Source: an uncultured bacterium
GTDB taxonomy: Bacteria > Planctomycetota > UBA8108 > UBA1146
DNA: 64,000 nt
Direction of reading: 5' to 3'
Assembly: GCA_938075155.1 (NCBI GenBank)
Contig: CALJGL010000023.1
Location: 42,987-106,986, forward strand
Position numbers and translations under genes: made by a program. Of this stretch, positions 63,471-64,000 are shown in pieces (the first letter of the stretch is position 1; each line of letters starts with the position of its first letter). The notes under the pieces are model-generated. The model saw nothing but the letters and a program-made list of their open reading frames with translations, searched no databases and was not told where the DNA came from.

Positions 63471-64000
63471 CTACATTCGGTAGATGCCGACTTTTCTCTC
63501 CTCTAGGGGGGCGCATGAAGCCGCTTCTATTCCAAGTCCAAGAATGTCACGGGTCATTGCGGGTTCGATGATGCCATCATCCCAAAGACGAGCAGAAGAA
63601 TACCATGGGCTACCCTCATGAGAGTATTTTTCGAGAATGGGGAGCGTGATGGCCTCTTCTTCTTCTGGGCTGATGGTTTTGCCTGTTGCAGAGAGTTTAT
63701 CTTTTTTGATTTGAAGAAGGACTTGGGCAGCTTGATCACCTCCCATCACGGAAATACGTGAGTTAGGCCACATCCACATCTGTCTGGGTTGAAATGCTCG
63801 TCCACACATTCCGTAGTTTCCGGCACCATGGGATCCTCCAATGATGACGGTGAATCTCGGTGAAGGGGAGTTGGCAACGGCGTGCACAAACTTAGCGCCG
63901 TCCTTGGCAATCCCTCCTTGCTCATAATCTTTTCCCACCATAAATCCCGTAATGTTTTGAAGGAAAATAATGGGGAATCCCCTCATGGAACATAGATCAA
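63471..64000 (-). CDS. Methylcrotonyl-CoA carboxylase beta subunit (carboxyltransferase). Partial: the N-terminus lies beyond the window end.
   Basis: Carboxyltransferase C-terminal region [58 protein letters not shown]. The ORF is open at position 64000. Confidence 0.8.
   Translation of the reverse strand, partial: DLCSMRGFPIIFLQNITGFMVGKDYEQGGIAKDGAKFVHAVANSPSPRFTVIIGGSHGAGNYGMCGRAFQPRQMWMWPNSRISVMGGDQAAQVLLQIKKDKLSATGKTISPEEEEAITLPILEKYSHEGSPWYSSARLWDDGIIEPAMTRDILGLGIEAASCAPLEERKVGIYRM

Overview
This window looks like a Planctomycetota chromosome segment of about 50% GC. The reasons are the many giant secreted proteins, a classic sulfatase, a DUF1573 protein, dockerin-like modules, and lpxA next to a GT4 glycosyltransferase. 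It has two parts.

Positions 1-29,000 and 59,800-64,000 are ordinary housekeeping genes. They include thiE, purM, dapF, lpxA, a sulfatase, an MFS transporter, a Xer recombinase next to tRNA-Thr, a PabB/TrpE-family enzyme, a NicO/RcnA-like Ni/Co transporter fused to a periplasmic domain with an (HSHD)9 tract, a UvrD helicase, a TPR protein with two RpoA alpha-CTD domains, ruvA, tRNA-His, arfB, an NHL-repeat protein, a small lipoprotein, a di-heme cytochrome c peroxidase, and a leucine-catabolism liu cluster (HMG-CoA lyase, methylcrotonyl-CoA carboxylase alpha and beta, enoyl-CoA hydratase).

Positions 29,100-59,750 form a dense accessory island of very large secreted proteins and lipoproteins. 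I read it as a cohesin-dockerin-like cell-surface assembly system. An outlier at 11,279-13,705 carries the same terminal module. That module is about 85 aa: two EF-hand-like type-I dockerin Ca-binding segments followed by a Pro/Cys-rich tail (P..P.P.CG.DPT.D.L.C....C). It is appended to unrelated catalytic or binding domains: LVIVD and FG-GAP beta-propellers, a pectate-lyase-like beta-helix, an alpha/beta hydrolase, a di-heme peroxidase, cadherin-like arrays, and a proprotein convertase P-domain. Three adjacent genes (53,596-59,735) carry domains whose sequence resembles type-I cohesins. Two of these are lipoproteins with He_PIG repeat arrays, which makes them candidate scaffoldins. The third combines a cohesin-like and a dockerin-like domain, which makes it a candidate adaptor.

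Other points. A DUF1573 gene has an in-frame TGA exactly at a conserved Cys position. This is a selenocysteine candidate, but could equally be a pseudogene or a sequencing error. A response regulator inside the island has its DNA-binding domain and receiver domain in reversed order. Several AT-rich upstream regions share the motif GTTATTAGT, and two share a paired GTTAAC site.
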